Shown piece after piece: positions 36,401 through 47,482 of a stretch of DNA of 64,000 nt (position 1 is the first letter of the stretch; every line of letters begins with the position of its first letter). The notes under the pieces are model-generated. The model searched no databases. It worked only from the letters and a program-made list of their open reading frames with translations, and was not told the DNA's origin. Location: contig NMRA01000180.1 in assembly GCA_002633005.1 (NCBI GenBank), positions 433,955 through 497,954 of the forward strand. The letters are read 5' to 3'. A program made the position numbers and the translations under genes. The stretch is from Phoronis australis (taxonomy: Eukaryota; Animalia; Phoronida).

Positions 36401-38653
36401 TGTACATCTTAAACTGAGTGTTATTAATGTGCGTTTCATACATTCTTTAAACTTACTTTCCTTTTTAGTTTTAGTAATTTTTTACAGTTGGTGTTTAAAT
36501 GATGGCAGGTATTTCCGAAAGAGACCTCACCAGGCCTTTATCCAAGATTTTGAAAATAGGGTGTCCAAAATGGGGTTCCCAATATTCCAGGGTGTCCATG
36601 ATTCTGACGCGTAACCCCCCATCCCCAGCAATACCCCCAAACACAGATTTTTTTATAAAAAATGCATAGATCAAGGTTTTTACATCTAAGTTTATAAAAC
36701 AGCCTTCTATGGTGAGCATTTTTACTAAATAACTGTGTAGACCAAGACTTTTACAATGTTGTCAATTAAGTGTCAAAATAGCAACAATGCATATACTTTG
36801 TATATACGTTGTATATTTCTTCCTGCTTTGAAAAAAAAGTCCCCACTGTGAGCCTTCAGAGGCTTCCTAGTATTCATTACAATGCGTGAGTCCAAACTTG
36901 AAAGGTTCCTATTGACAGTGGGCGGCCAAATGATACATTGGGTGTCCTTGCCAGGGCGTCCAGATTAGTGCTAGGGAAATGGACGCCCAGGACGTATGCT
37001 GCATAAAGGCCTGGCCCTCACCCACAGAAGGCCCCTCTAGGAGCTCTTTTGGACACAAGGACCCGCATAGGGGCATTTTCAGAGTTGCATTTCTGGTATG
37101 GGACAAAGGTATTGAAAACGGGGCAAAATATGATCATTTTCTTAATGTTGGTTTAACTTTCTCTTCTTTACACATCAAACTCGAAGTCGAGTATTCCAAA
37201 GTGTATCTCATTCATTCCCTTGCATACATTTATTCATTCACTAGTACCACCGAACTCAGAACATTAAGAGACACTTTTGTGCAATACTCGGTTGTCTGCC
37301 AATAAAGCCAGGATTTGAACCTGGGTCTCAAAAATGAGAGGCCGCGGCTTAAACCACTGAGTAACGTTGTCTCCTCAGAAGAGAAGTCGGGTTAAAATAT
37401 TTCAAGTTCATACTTCTTAGATGACTTGTCAATGGACGTGTCGCCATACTGCTCTTATAACACCACAGTTGACAATGACGTGGAACTTGGCTGGTAATTC
37501 AAGTAAGTGACAGATAAAATCTAGGTAGAAGAAACAGATCATAGTCTCCCGATTCCATTATCACTGAATTTAATTTTCTAATCTTAAAGTGCAGTCAATT
37601 ACTCCCTCTTATAGCACTTTCACAGCCCACTGCTGACGGGGTGCAGTGGTAAGCTATACAAGTTTCTGAAAGGGTCCTCTTACTTATACCCAAAAGAGCC
37701 CCGTGGGTTTTTTGTGGATGCAGAATCACTTCAGGAATGTACACCTCATTGTAACGGTTAAGTCAGCTTTCACTCATGTGGTTTTAAGACAATGAATATG
37801 CTCCTGTGTTTTTATCAAGTGCTCCACACATTATTTCACATGCTGTTTCACATGTAGGCCCAGGAGTGTGCCTAATTCCAGATGTTGACACAGATCCACC
37901 AATAGCAGCACTGCTGTTTAGCGTGTATTGCAATCTCGATTAGGCTTCACGTCGGGATTTCCAGTCAGTTTAGTTTTTTGTCCAGTACCACAATCCAATT
38001 ATGTCAGCTAATGGAAAAGTACCCCACTGTTTAGAAAAGCGATAATGCCAGTGGCCAGCAATTCATCACCAAGCTACTGTCGACGGGTCTGTGAACTTCC
38101 AAATGATCCTAAGTACACCTAGATATACCATATCTAACATTCATTAATAAAAAAACATTATCTTTTTTAACTTTGGAGAAAATATTAGGAGAACCAAAAT
38201 AATTTTGAATATTCATAGATAGTAAAATAAAATTTGGCATTTCTTAACTTTTCCCAATTGGTTTTGGCTACAGACATAGGTCACCCTCTACTCAGAAAAG
38301 TCGAAATGTATTTTTTTAAAAATCCAAAGAAATGCATCTGAAAGTACAACATGTATATATGCGTACTTTAAGCAAGTACTTCTAAACTCAGACTGCATTG
38401 CAATGAGTTTTTCAAACTTACCAGGGTTAGCTCCGTTTTTATCATGACCAAGTTGACCACGATCATTGCTGCCACATGAAAACACGACACCTTCGTCTGT
38501 CACGAACAGAGTGTGGCCACCACCTGGACAGATCTGACGAATAGGCTTGCCACTCAGGTGCTTACAGTGGCATGGGGTTGTAACCTTCTGTTCCTCTGTA
38601 GTCCCTAAGCCAAGTTGGCCATGTACATTTTCACCCCAGCAGTACACCGACAT
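3274..38653 (-). CDS. HERC4: Small HERC E3 ubiquitin-protein ligase (HERC3/HERC4-like), whole-gene span; 25 coding exons, about 1050 aa
   Basis: Manual splicing gives a continuous ORF with RCC1 repeats ([29 protein letters not shown]), a spacer ([21 protein letters not shown]) and a HECT domain ([44 protein letters not shown]). Exon lengths sum to 3153 nt. Orthology to HERC3 vs HERC4 is not resolvable here; it is probably a co-ortholog. Confidence 0.93.
4501..4756. mobile_element. 256-bp foldback/MITE with perfect 87-bp terminal inverted repeats
   Basis: 4501-4587 is the exact reverse complement of 4670-4756; element absent from homologous sites near 1902 and 5474. Confidence 0.9.
5126..5178 (-). 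CDS. HERC4: HERC exon 24 ([17 protein letters not shown]); further copies at 4153-4205 and 1554-1606
   Basis: [13 protein letters not shown] motif; GT-AG junctions. Confidence 0.9.
5640..5742 (-). CDS. HERC4: HERC exon 23 ([34 protein letters not shown]); second copy at 2068-2170
   Basis: HECT C-lobe motif; GT-AG junctions. Confidence 0.92.
6212..6286 (-). CDS. HERC4: HERC exon 22 ([25 protein letters not shown])
   Basis: HECT hinge motif; AAG acceptor, GTAAGT donor. Confidence 0.88.
6654..6845 (-). CDS. HERC4: HERC exon 21 (ITRERFGE...ELIRNG...[14 protein letters not shown])
   Basis: HECT E2-binding region motifs; GT-AG junctions. Confidence 0.93.
6843..7083. repeat. 40-bp minisatellite, 6 units, overlapping the exon 21 acceptor
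   Basis: AATCTGTAACAAAGTGATGTTAACAAGACTGTATGATCGT units. Confidence 0.92.
7728..7842 (-). CDS. HERC4: HERC exon 20 ([24 protein letters not shown]...FCLNFE)
   Basis: HECT motif; GT-AG junctions. Confidence 0.93.
9310..9428 (-). CDS. HERC4: HERC exon 19 ([32 protein letters not shown])
   Basis: HECT motif; GT-AG junctions. Confidence 0.93.
10403..10498 (-). CDS. HERC4: HERC exon 18 ([32 protein letters not shown])
   Basis: HECT EFF...DP.YGMF motif; GT-AG junctions. Confidence 0.93.
11787..11834 (-). CDS. HERC4: Exon 17b, duplicate (haplotype copy A)
   Basis: Identical to 13995-14042. Confidence 0.7.
12271..12318 (-). CDS. HERC4: Exon 17a, duplicate (haplotype copy A; [16 protein letters not shown])
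   Basis: Near-identical copy within the duplicated block 10930-13136. Confidence 0.7.
13995..14042 (-). CDS. HERC4: HERC alternative exon 17b ([16 protein letters not shown]), haplotype copy B
   Basis: 48 nt, phase 0-0, CCTTTCAG acceptor and AAG|GTCGGC donor; paralogous to 17a. Confidence 0.82.
14494..14541 (-). CDS. HERC4: HERC alternative exon 17a ([16 protein letters not shown]), haplotype copy B
   Basis: 48 nt, phase 0-0, TTTTCAG acceptor and AAG|GTATGT donor. Confidence 0.88.
15208..15468. repeat. 19-bp A-rich minisatellite (AGAGAAAGAAAAATACAAC); second copy 12985-13136
   Basis: Tandem units; source of the spurious [11 protein letters not shown] ORFs. Confidence 0.93.
15487..15660 (-). 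CDS. HERC4: HERC exon 16 (AAVDEV...[15 protein letters not shown]...DLKKPLK), start of HECT
   Basis: GT-AG junctions, HECT start motif. Confidence 0.92.
16204..16296 (-). CDS. HERC4: HERC exon 15 ([26 protein letters not shown])
   Basis: Conserved pre-HECT motif; GT-AG junctions. Confidence 0.92.
17085..17327 (-). CDS. HERC4: HERC exon 14 (IYKNCIL...IVPYDSFYI...DYVSWRQQQ)
   Basis: GT-AG junctions, open frame. Confidence 0.87.
17461..17700. repeat. 30-bp minisatellite, 8 units
   Basis: AGAGGTTATTTCACTGTTATTGAGAGCCTG units. Confidence 0.95.
18141..18190 (-). CDS. HERC4: HERC exon 13 ([17 protein letters not shown])
   Basis: GT-AG junctions, WW motif, phases fit. Confidence 0.85.
18898..19087 (-). 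CDS. HERC4: HERC exon 12 (...[18 protein letters not shown]...)
   Basis: [10 protein letters not shown] motif; GT-AG junctions. Confidence 0.9.
20043..20154 (-). CDS. HERC4: HERC exon 11 ([19 protein letters not shown]...)
   Basis: GT-AG junctions, phases fit. Confidence 0.88.
21723..21779 (-). CDS. HERC4: HERC exon 10 ([17 protein letters not shown])
   Basis: FSS..CLNGSFL motif typical of small HERCs; GT-AG junctions. Confidence 0.9.
22085..22652. repeat. 36-bp minisatellite, about 16 units
   Basis: GAGGTGCCAGTAGTTGTACAGTCCTGAATACCATAT units. Confidence 0.95.
22676..22800 (-). CDS. HERC4: HERC exon 9 ([10 protein letters not shown]...SNSMKE)
   Basis: TTGCAG acceptor, GTATGT donor, phases fit. 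Confidence 0.85.
23376..23616 (-). CDS. HERC4: HERC exon 8 ([25 protein letters not shown]...IYAGGDTCF)
   Basis: GT-AG junctions; last RCC1 blade. Confidence 0.9.
24185..24315 (-). CDS. HERC4: HERC exon 7 ([18 protein letters not shown]...QIACG)
   Basis: GT-AG junctions; strongly HERC3/4-like RCC1 repeat. Confidence 0.92.
24415..24495. repeat. (AAT/AAC)n microsatellite
   Basis: Imperfect trinucleotide run. Confidence 0.8.
24945..25036 (-). CDS. HERC4: HERC exon 6 ([31 protein letters not shown])
   Basis: GT-AG junctions, RCC1 motif. Confidence 0.9.
26058..26222 (+). mobile_element. tRNA-derived SINE
   Basis: A-box TGGCTCAGTAG and B-box GGTTCAAATC; body similar to the inverted copy at 37203-37365. 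Confidence 0.65.
26599..26630 (-). CDS. HERC4: HERC exon 5 (32 nt, [11 protein letters not shown])
   Basis: TTTCAG acceptor, GTAAG donor; completes the WGKNSFGQLG motif. Confidence 0.88.
26763..29929. mobile_element. ~3.17-kb non-autonomous DNA transposon, PIF/Harbinger-related (ISL2EU-like)
   Basis: TIR GGGGCTATTCGGA...TCCGAATAGCCCC; subterminal GTACTAGTGGTGAT/ATCACCACTAGTAC; AT on both flanks; no intact ORF. Confidence 0.75.
30953..31145 (-). CDS. HERC4: HERC exon 4 ([18 protein letters not shown]...FTWGKN)
   Basis: TTTTAG acceptor, GTCAGT donor, RCC1 motifs. Confidence 0.9.
34463..34770. repeat. 46-bp minisatellite, about 7 units
   Basis: TCTTTTTACAAATAATAGGACTGAACTTTGGCAAAAGCTTGCTTCA units. 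Confidence 0.92.
35145..35218 (-). CDS. HERC4: HERC exon 3 ([24 protein letters not shown])
   Basis: TAG acceptor, GTGAGT donor, RCC1 motif. Confidence 0.9.
36123..36279 (-). CDS. HERC4: HERC exon 2 ([24 protein letters not shown]...[12 protein letters not shown])
   Basis: TTCAG acceptor, GTAAGT donor, phase-compatible RCC1 repeat. Confidence 0.9.
36531..37013. mobile_element. hAT-type MITE (~480 bp)
   Basis: TIR CAGGCCTTTAT...ATAAAGGCCTG; 8-bp TSD GACCTCAC/GCCCTCAC; homologous to 63476-63966. Confidence 0.88.
37203..37365 (-). mobile_element. tRNA-derived SINE, same family as 26058-26222
   Basis: Minus strand reads TTACTCAGTGG...GGTTCAAATCC...TACTAGTGAATG...TGCAAGGGAATGAATGAGA. Confidence 0.65.
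38422..38653 (-). CDS. HERC4: HERC coding exon 1 ([15 protein letters not shown]...NGANP), RCC1 repeat
   Basis: ATG at 38653; RCC1 motifs; donor G|GTAAGT. Confidence 0.9.
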
Positions 38654-41575
38654 AGCGTAGTAGTATCCACGAACAGACTGTTACTCTGTATTTTCCGTAA
38701 GTACTGAAGCGGCACAGAGCTTAGAGGGCTTCATCTGCACGATATGAAAGCCATCATTAATGACAGAAACTTCTAAAAGGTATACCAATATTAAAGCTAT
38801 GTAGGACTTCATAAAATAAATCTGAGAAATGGCTGTTTCGGATTCATATGAAACTTTCAGATGCAGTGCTTTATGCACTGTTCTTCAAAATGCTGTACGG
38901 GATTGTTTATAAATTAATGCACTTTGATAGCACTTTTACGATTTCGATGAATTAATTCAAAAGTTGCTTAACACGAAAAAGATATAACATTATAGAAAAC
39001 TGTAACAAAACTTTTGAGATTTTGTCTTGAACAACTATATCAAAATTGGTTGTGTTGTTGATACTGCTCTTTTTCTTTTTTTGCTAAAGTTTACTAAAAG
39101 ACATGGTCAAGTGACTCATTTAATGACAGATTGGTATGTTACAAAGCAAAGTCTACAATGCATATGTGTACAATATGTGTTTAAAGACCTTAAGATCTAT
39201 GCTTTTCTAGATATTTGTCTAAATTCACACTTGTTGATAAGGTCCAATGAAACCTTAAAAACTAGGGTTTAACCACAAAACATAAATAAAAACTGCAACA
39301 GTTCTGAAAGATGGTGCTGCCTTAGTCAGTGCAGCATAATGCAGACCCAAAGTTCAAACCAAGAGCATTGAACAACAATTTCAATAGCTTGGCACTTAAA
39401 ATTTCCAAGACAAATGATTGTGCCATAGCTAAGCTGTAGACCAGAATAATTAGTATCAAATACAAGTGAATAAATGGACCACATAACTACTAATACCCTG
39501 TTCACACCAAAGCAGTTATAACATTTAAAACTAATTTAAAGGTTTTAACTCTCAGCTTTAAATAACTCCAAGAGGATGGTTTGGTGAGAGGTTATCACCG
39601 CTGTAACTGGGTGTAAACACAGCAGCTACAAAAGTTACAACTCTGTAGGTGGCACTGCAGTCAAATCTCTATTAAAACAATAGGGTCATCCCGAATTACA
39701 CAGCAACACTCGAATCTTGAAGTATTTACCCACAATACCGTAAACAACTGTCAGGCACATTTGCTACCTCACTTTCATGCCACTCGAGTTTCACACGTTA
39801 TTCACTGTTGTCTGATTCTTTACAAGTTTTTCTCGGTTGGATTTCTCTATTCGTCCTTTTAATGCCAACGAAGTATTACTGCTGTGTTGTGGGCTGCAAC
39901 TCCGACATGAAAAAGTTAGATAAACTGGACAAATACCCATGAATGTGTGATATGAAACTCTTCGCTTTCTTTGACATCAATGAATGTGCCCGATTTCCAA
40001 AACTAGGTCACGCGCGTTCTAATCTCCAAGACAGAGGAGAGTTCTATCGCCATGTAATCCGGAACGGCCCTATTGTGGCAAACGGAGGCCACTCTAAGTT
40101 GGACGAATCAGAAACCGGAAAATGACAATACTGACAACTATCAACCAAAACAAGAAATCAGGATTACAACAGATTTTGAAAATTATGTTGGTGTGGAGGG
40201 TAGATTACATTACAGTTACAACCTCACTTAGTTGGCCTGAATGCAGCTTTGAATGACAAAAAAGAGCAAGTTGCATGGTACCAGTAAAATTTATTACCCT
40301 TTAACATCAAGGTAAATAATTACAATTAAAAAAGTATGTACGCAGAACACAATCACTCTCAATCAGCAGGTACTAGAAGCTTGAATCAAACTATTATATA
40401 ATCACCCAGGCCAGGTATTGAAAGTACTGGAGGAACTTCTGAATTCTCACTTCCTCTCCCACAGAAAAATGGAGATTTGATATTTTAAAAGCCAACAAAT
40501 AATTGTTAGTTGGTTGTAGTTAAAATAATATTTTAAATACAATATAGTTAAAATAATATTTTAACTACAACATTATATAAGATACCCAGCAGATGAAACT
40601 GGTGTCTGTTCATTTCACCAAGCTCACAATGTTTTGCTAACAGAGATCTATGTCACTTGGTTATGAAAAGAATTAGAAAGTGAAAGCAATTCACAGGAAT
40701 TTCCTGTAGCTATATATTGAATTGTTAAGTATGGGTCTTGGAAAGCACTGATAAATCAACAAAAAGGCTATAGTTAGGCATGTGGAGAAAATTATTTTTA
40801 AAAACATTTCAACTCGATAGATCTGCTGTCAGTAATGGGGTCATTATCGCCAGCATTTAATATACCTACATTCACAAACTGGCTAAAATGCTTGTTTACT
40901 TAAGGACTTTCGTTAGTAGACTAACTATCAGTAATGCAATAGTCATTCTTGCTGGCAGTACAAGTAACACAAAAACCGCTGGGCTTTTCGAAAGCACCTA
41001 CTTTTGTAGGCCACCGTTTACTTCAATGGACACACACACATGGGGGCCAGTGGGAAGCATTTGTTTAGTGTTGCATTGGTAATCAATTTACGGCAGACAG
41101 TCTAAGAGTTTTGATATTGATTATCACAAAAAACATTTCAGGAAGTGAGACTACCTCCACAAGAATCCATACACTCGAAAGGTACATTGACCTAGTACTA
41201 GTAATCCGACTTAGCCATGGTTGAACGGAATAAGTAAAATTTTCATCACACAAAACAGATTAGGATGTGACACCGCCGACATGTAGTCAGCCAGCTAATC
41301 TGCAAGAAGAATTACGTCAAAATACAGCTAGGAACCACTGTGAATTAACCTTAGCCTAAAAAGACCTCGAAATTTCGCACTGCCCGGGTAGCAATTACAC
41401 CACCTGTGGATTAGTGCAGAAACCGACGGGTAATGCTGTAGCTCCTGCATAGAGTCGAAGGACTATAGGTGTTGCCTAGGCCCATGTAGGCAACATGTGG
41501 CCCCTTGATTGACTGGCTTAGGAGAAAATACACTCCAAATCGGTCTCTATGTTAATTTCAGCCCATGTATGTTAA

Positions 41576-42879
41576 ACGGGCGGTAAGCCAAATCCGTTCA
41601 CTGAATAAGAGGTTTTCGCCTCCTAAAAAATACATTTTACACTTAAAAAGGCACTTATTTTTTTGGCCATCTTGCATGTCCAAGGCAATTATGTTAAGTT
41701 TGGGGAAGAATTCCAACTCCACTTTAATTTGGTCTCCGTCAACTTTTTCACTGCACAGAACAACCACGCAGTATTTCAATTGACAATACGTGAGTTGGGC
41801 AAGGACAAGCGCATGACTGAACTAAGCATGCGAGCTGGTGCAAGAAACGGCAAAAAGTAGCATAGCCATGGGATGATATCCGATGAAATTTGTAACATTT
41901 GTTTCTCTTGCACTTTTTGTTCGTCAACAGGTGTGATTTCATGTAACTTCCTCCAATTAGCACCCGATGAGAGAAGCTCAAGTGAACCATACATGACAGA
42001 TTTTCATGGATACACATGTTCTAATTATTTTGACTAAATCGTCTCCACAGAATGGTGCGTCTTAATTACAACTCAATGTGTATATATTATATGCATGTTT
42101 AATTCAACGTTATTCAGGCACTGGTTGGATTTAGTGGTCCTTGATTTAGAGAACCAGGCAATCACTGAATAACAGGCCCGTGGATGAAACTGTGATAGCT
42201 TGGTTCTCTAAATCAGGGACCGCTTTGTCTGACCAGTGCCGTTATTCGCTGTATTCTGAGTAGGCAATTACATCGCCCTGAATGCAGTAGACATACAGGG
42301 CTGATAGTACACCCCCAAAAAATTACTCATATCACAAAACACTAAAAAAACTCGAATGAAACATGTATATATACACGTGGAGTTGCAATTAACACCTACC
42401 ATGACTCTGGAGACAATTTAGTCAACGTCATTTGAACATATCCATGAAAATTTGTCGCGGTTTTCTCGAGCCTCCCTCAACGGGTGCCATATTTTGAGGA
42501 AGTTATGTGAAATCATGCATGTTGACACAAATCTGATACCTTCCCATGCTATTTGCAAATGTCACCCTGCATGGCCAGCGTCATACGCTTTGCTCAGTCT
42601 CGCGCTAGTTTTTGCCTTACTCACATGACACAGTTGAAATACTTAATGGTTATCGCACGAATGGTGAAAAAGTTAACGATGACCAAAAAGCGAAATTGGA
42701 AATCTTCGCCAAAGTTACGCCATAACTATACTTCACCAACGACATGTGTAGAAGTAGAAAGGAACACTGAAGAAAGGAAGCACTTTTTTAAGTCATAGTT
42801 TTAAGTCTTTTAAGAGTAGAATGTATTTTTGACGAAGTGAAAACTCTCAATCAGTGACCGGATTTGGCCCACTGTCCGT
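41576..42879. mobile_element. ~1.3-kb degenerate foldback element flanked by TTAA (Kolobok/piggyBac-like MITE)
   Basis: TTAA|ACGG...CCGT|TTAA; long imperfect inverted arms; inner hairpin at about 42115-42240. Confidence 0.7.
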
Positions 42880-43572
42880 TTAAAAATACACAAAACGAAG
42901 TCCTAGCCATTCAATCCGAGGGTCTACGTGTTGCCTATATTTTGAGATGATGAGCAACATTTTCTGAAGGTGTAACATCGCCTGTACACGGCGTGTAGGC
43001 TAATTCCTATTGCCTACCTAACCAGCGAACGCCAAGAACTACGTAGATTACTGCTAGTGCTAGTCACCCACCACTGCACACGTTCAGATTACATCACCTA
43101 CATGCAATAATTTGGCTTAAAAGGGGTTTTGTTGCGCTTATTTATCATAGTCACAATGGCTCTCACCAAACAAAAAGCCACAGCTTTCATCACACTGATA
43201 AAACTAACGTTTTGTCTAACCACTGAACTACACGACACGTACTTTTCAAAGCTCGAAGAAGTTGCCCAGACCATTTGTTTCTGTTGTGTTATGAAAATTC
43301 ACGCACTCAGCGAGACTAGTGGAGATTGGTTGTAAGCCATTTTGAAAAACTGGACCGATCTACGGTTGCATGTTTAGCCCTGCAAGCAAACAATTTCTGC
43401 GGTATTTAAAACATCTGTTTCCTGGCTTTTTAAGTTAAATTTAGTTATTTTAAAAGGTTAATTTCAGGAATACGTAGTCATATTATTAGCATATAAGACA
43501 CATTTTTCAATTAGTTAGGACATGAATGGTCTTCAACTTAAAGCAAGTAAGATATCAAAATAGAGTATGACA

Positions 43573-43687
43573 GGGAATTTCCCGGTTTCATTGACCTGCC
43601 CGAATGACGTCATTTACCGTCAAGAAGGTTTCACTTTGCTGCACACGTTGCTGTTGCTGCAGTTTAACTGTTGCGGGATTTTCCCGC
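43573..43687. promoter_or_regulatory. Cluster of two NF-kB-type sites and a palindromic CRE; candidate promoter/enhancer
   Basis: GGGAATTTCCC (43573-43583), AATGACGTCATT (43603-43614), GCGGGATTTTCCCGC (43673-43687). Confidence 0.45.
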
Positions 43688-44007
43688 AGTCGAATAGCGA
43701 CCTCGTGTATTTCAAGTTGTTAGTAATGTTTTACACACTGTCAGGACTCGTTTCTTCTTATTGGAACCAGTGTTGCCTGCCGACTGCCTGTGCAAGTTGA
43801 CCTGTGTGACTCTCAATCTCAATACAGCAATGCATGTGTACGTTGGCAATGACGCAAGTTTCATGGGCGCCAGTGCCGTGATGTTCTGATGTCATATTGA
43901 CCTGTTGTCTCCTAATCAACGCATTTTCTTTTCGTTTTGATCATGCAAGTACCTGCTTATTATTAGATTCATAATGAAGATACTTAACCATATTGTCGTA
44001 ATAGCCG

Positions 44008-44072
44008 AGATTGCCCGACCTCGGGAATCGAACCCCGATTTAACCGGCGAGCGTGCTAACCATTCAGCTAAT
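44008..44072 (-). mobile_element. tRNA-like SINE head
   Basis: Minus strand TAGCTGAATGG (A-box) and GGTTCGATTCC (B-box); anticodon arm incomplete. Confidence 0.6.
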
Positions 44073-46389
44073 AGGCAATTGCCCGTTATAGGCGTTAGCG
44101 AGTGGCTAACAGAGGCTCGTATGTGATTCACCGGAAGCACTTTCACAACAATATGTAAATGCTGTACACTGGCAATGCGCCTGGGCTAAGGCCCGGGTTC
44201 TCAAATGAGTAGCGAGTAGAAATGTGCTCAATCAACGCATAGCTATTAGTATTAACTTATTCAACGTGTAATTTTAGTTCTTTAACGGTCTTCGTTCTCC
44301 TCATAGTCGATGCGTCTTTTTGCTTAATCACCACGTAGTTTTACTTATATAGTTTTGCTTATAATATGGTTGTTTGCTTATTCAATGCTTACTTAGTTCT
44401 TAATCATCACAATTCTGCTCGCATTCAAGTCGCGGCGCACATTATGATTTACGTAATCAACACATGGTTCGTGCAGTTGGTTAGTGCAATTCTGAAAGTA
44501 AGTTGGGATACACACCAGAAACAGCTCTTTTTTGGCCCTATCATAATAATTGGGTTTTACGAATAATTTTGTATGTAACTTTTGTAGATATAATTCTAAT
44601 ATATTTCCGTCTACCTCATGCTCCATAAGTAAAATTCTTTGATTCTCACACATTTCTATATGGATGTGTATTTTCATCCCAGAGCCCTAGGAAAGAGGTA
44701 TGTACGTCACAACTTCAAAAGCCTAAGGCAACAATGCTATATTTACACACGATAGTTCACTCAGCTCGCACTCCATAGACGATGACATTAGCCACTGCAT
44801 GACACGCGGTACACCCGAGTTTACCTGTATGTATAGTTAGCTAGGCACCTGCATGGTGGCTATATGAAGCATGTATTGGCCGCTATTGTGTGACTGGAGT
44901 TTTTCAAGCTGAAAGATCATTTTTTGTCTTATGATAAGGGAAAATTATTCCAAAAATTAAGAAATGATTTTGATAACTCATTCTGATGCCATTTTTTAAT
45001 TTACAATTTCATGAAAATTTCTTACCATTACCAGTACAAATGCACCGTATGTTTATTCTATGAACCTTTCTGGAAAATATAAAAGCTATTAAAAGTAGTA
45101 ACTGTTGTAACGTTTCCTCAAATTCGAACAAAGAAGTTAATTACCAAAATGGCCATTCTTCATTTTTCAAACGCTCGCTGACTGAATTGCCAAAAATGTT
45201 CAAACTTTCATCTCGTGTTTGCTGACTGCCGTACTAAATGAAGTTTTCAAACAATTGAGCAAATTTGTCTGGAGATTTACTCTCGTAGAAAATTTTGATG
45301 AAATAAAATTTTACTGTGCCATCATATTGTATTCTAATTAGAAGTAAATTTCTCTGTCGTACTTCCACCTCCAAAGGTTTGTCTATGGACACGCATACTG
45401 GTAATACCGTCTTTTTGAGACAGCATTTTCGTTTGATGATCACAAAAATGTGAGTATACACTTCTGCGTAATCGTGTTGTTTTTGACATGAAATTTTTGT
45501 ATTGAAAACCGAGTGAAGGCTGCAGGTGTTACTTATCCTAATATCAACTAAATTCGACTGATTTTATCATCTTTATATAAAAATAAACATTTTTGAAAAT
45601 CTGGGTTTACTTTTAACCTGTCTGCAGTTAAGAAATAGTCAACAGGTACGCACAGAGCCACACTAATCCTTTGAGATAAAAGCAACCGCGTTACTGTCCA
45701 GATGTTGTAGTTTTGCTAGTTTGTAACATGCAAATTCTCTCATTTGATTTACTGTGATCATTCACTTGAAGCAGACAAAAACTACTTTGATAAAAATGAC
45801 AGCAAAAAGTCACAGACTGATGATGTTCGCTTCTGATCCTAGGCGGGAAATTGCACTTGATACACCTGTTATTCTGTCAAATTAGTTAATTATTCGTCAA
45901 ATATCTGCTGACATTTCCCTTCATCTACTTTTCAATTCCTAACATTGTTACCCAGTTTCAAAACCGTATGTAAATGTCTCGTGGACAATTTCCTAAATCA
46001 ACATATACCATGTTCTTTTTAATTTTGAAGAACTTTTCAGTCATTTAGTGCATGTAAAATGGCTCGTGCATTTTATTGTCTTAGAAACTTTAACTCATTG
46101 GCTGAAATTTGCAAAAATTAAATGCCTCACTTTGGTACCCATTGTAATGTTTGGTATAACCAATACACTGCACCTGTTACTCGTCGCTTAAAGGAATTTA
46201 CATGTCATGCAACCATTCTTGGCATACGAAACAAAAACGGACACCTGGCAACCTGTCAACAATGAATTGATCAACAATGGTTCACTCAGTTTCTCAATCG
46301 TCAGATTTGACCTTGTTTCTGTCTTCGTTGACACAAGAGCATCCATTTTTATGTGCTCACATATTTGTATGTGAGTGCATATTACCGTC

Positions 46390-47210
46390 ATTTCTGTCTG
46401 TCCGATGTCCATAACTGTATTTCCTAAACTCCTCACAGGATCTTGATGAGATTTGGCATATGTGGCCTATGAAGATGACGACGGATGACGACAACTTTCA
46501 GATGGATTCGACTACCGGTGTGCCTCCTAGTGGCAATTTTAATCTTTTGGTTTACCTCTATCTTCAAAGACCCTCAACGGATTTTCATGAAACTTGGCTC
46601 ATGGGCATCTATTTATGAGATGACACTATATTCCCGTTTACGGATAGATTTGAGGAATTTTGAGCCACCTAGTTACCAATTTTACTGTTTTTGGCGTTTG
46701 CTCCTCTGTCAACCAAAACCACTCTAAGGATGATATTAAAAATTGGCATATATGTTCCTTCTGTGAAGAGGACAGCTGGCAGGGATTTTCCGACGACTTA
46801 GAATACTGTGGCGCCTCCTAGTGGCAGTTTGGTTATTTTTTGCGTCCATAGCTGTATCTCCTAAACCCTGACTGCAGGATTTTTATTTAATTTAATTAGC
46901 AATTGCATTTATATGTAGTTGACAACCGGCGACAATGACTTTCAGACAGATCCGATATATGCTCTGCCCCGAAGTGGCAATTTCATTTTTTTCTGTTTTC
47001 CTCTGTTTCTCTTAAGTTCTGTGACGGATTTTTAGGTAATGTAGTAAATAGCTTTCTATTTAAGAAACGATGACATGTTACCATTTTCGGATGGAGTCAA
47101 CATATTTTGCTCCATTTAGTGGCCATTTATAGGATACAAATAAAGACCCCTAGAAGCACATATTGTCAGTGGTGCATTTGTAGGCACATTTCGATGCTCC
47201 ACGTTGCCCT
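46390..47210. repeat. Degenerate internally repetitive interspersed element; related block at 49170-49990
   Basis: Recurrent CC(C/T)CTAGTGGCA and GATTTTCATGAAA(C/T)TTGG motifs in both blocks. Confidence 0.6.
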
Positions 47211-47482
47211 TGTTCCTTCTGTGGTCATCGAGGATTTTAAAAAATACAAGTTTTCTTGGTCTGAATTATTACTTAAAGATTCATTTTTAAAAAATCATCC
47301 CTGGTAACACACATACCCAATTACCATGTGCCGTAAGTGTGGTTTTCATAGATTATGTTCTGGTCTGCTCACTAGTCATTTCCTTGTTTCCCTTTAAAAT
47401 GACATTATTTTTTCAGGAACAGACCATTGGCCATATCAACCAATTGACAAGTGTTGTGCTGACTACATGAAATATTTTCATC

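Noticed and set aside
39700-40130. Non-coding first exon and promoter of HERC
   Set aside because: Likely nearby (acceptor near 38686, CCGGAA motifs near 40059 and 40115), but several candidate donors exist and boundaries cannot be fixed.
44008-44072. tRNA gene
   Set aside because: A and B boxes are present but there is no complete cloverleaf; treated as a SINE head.
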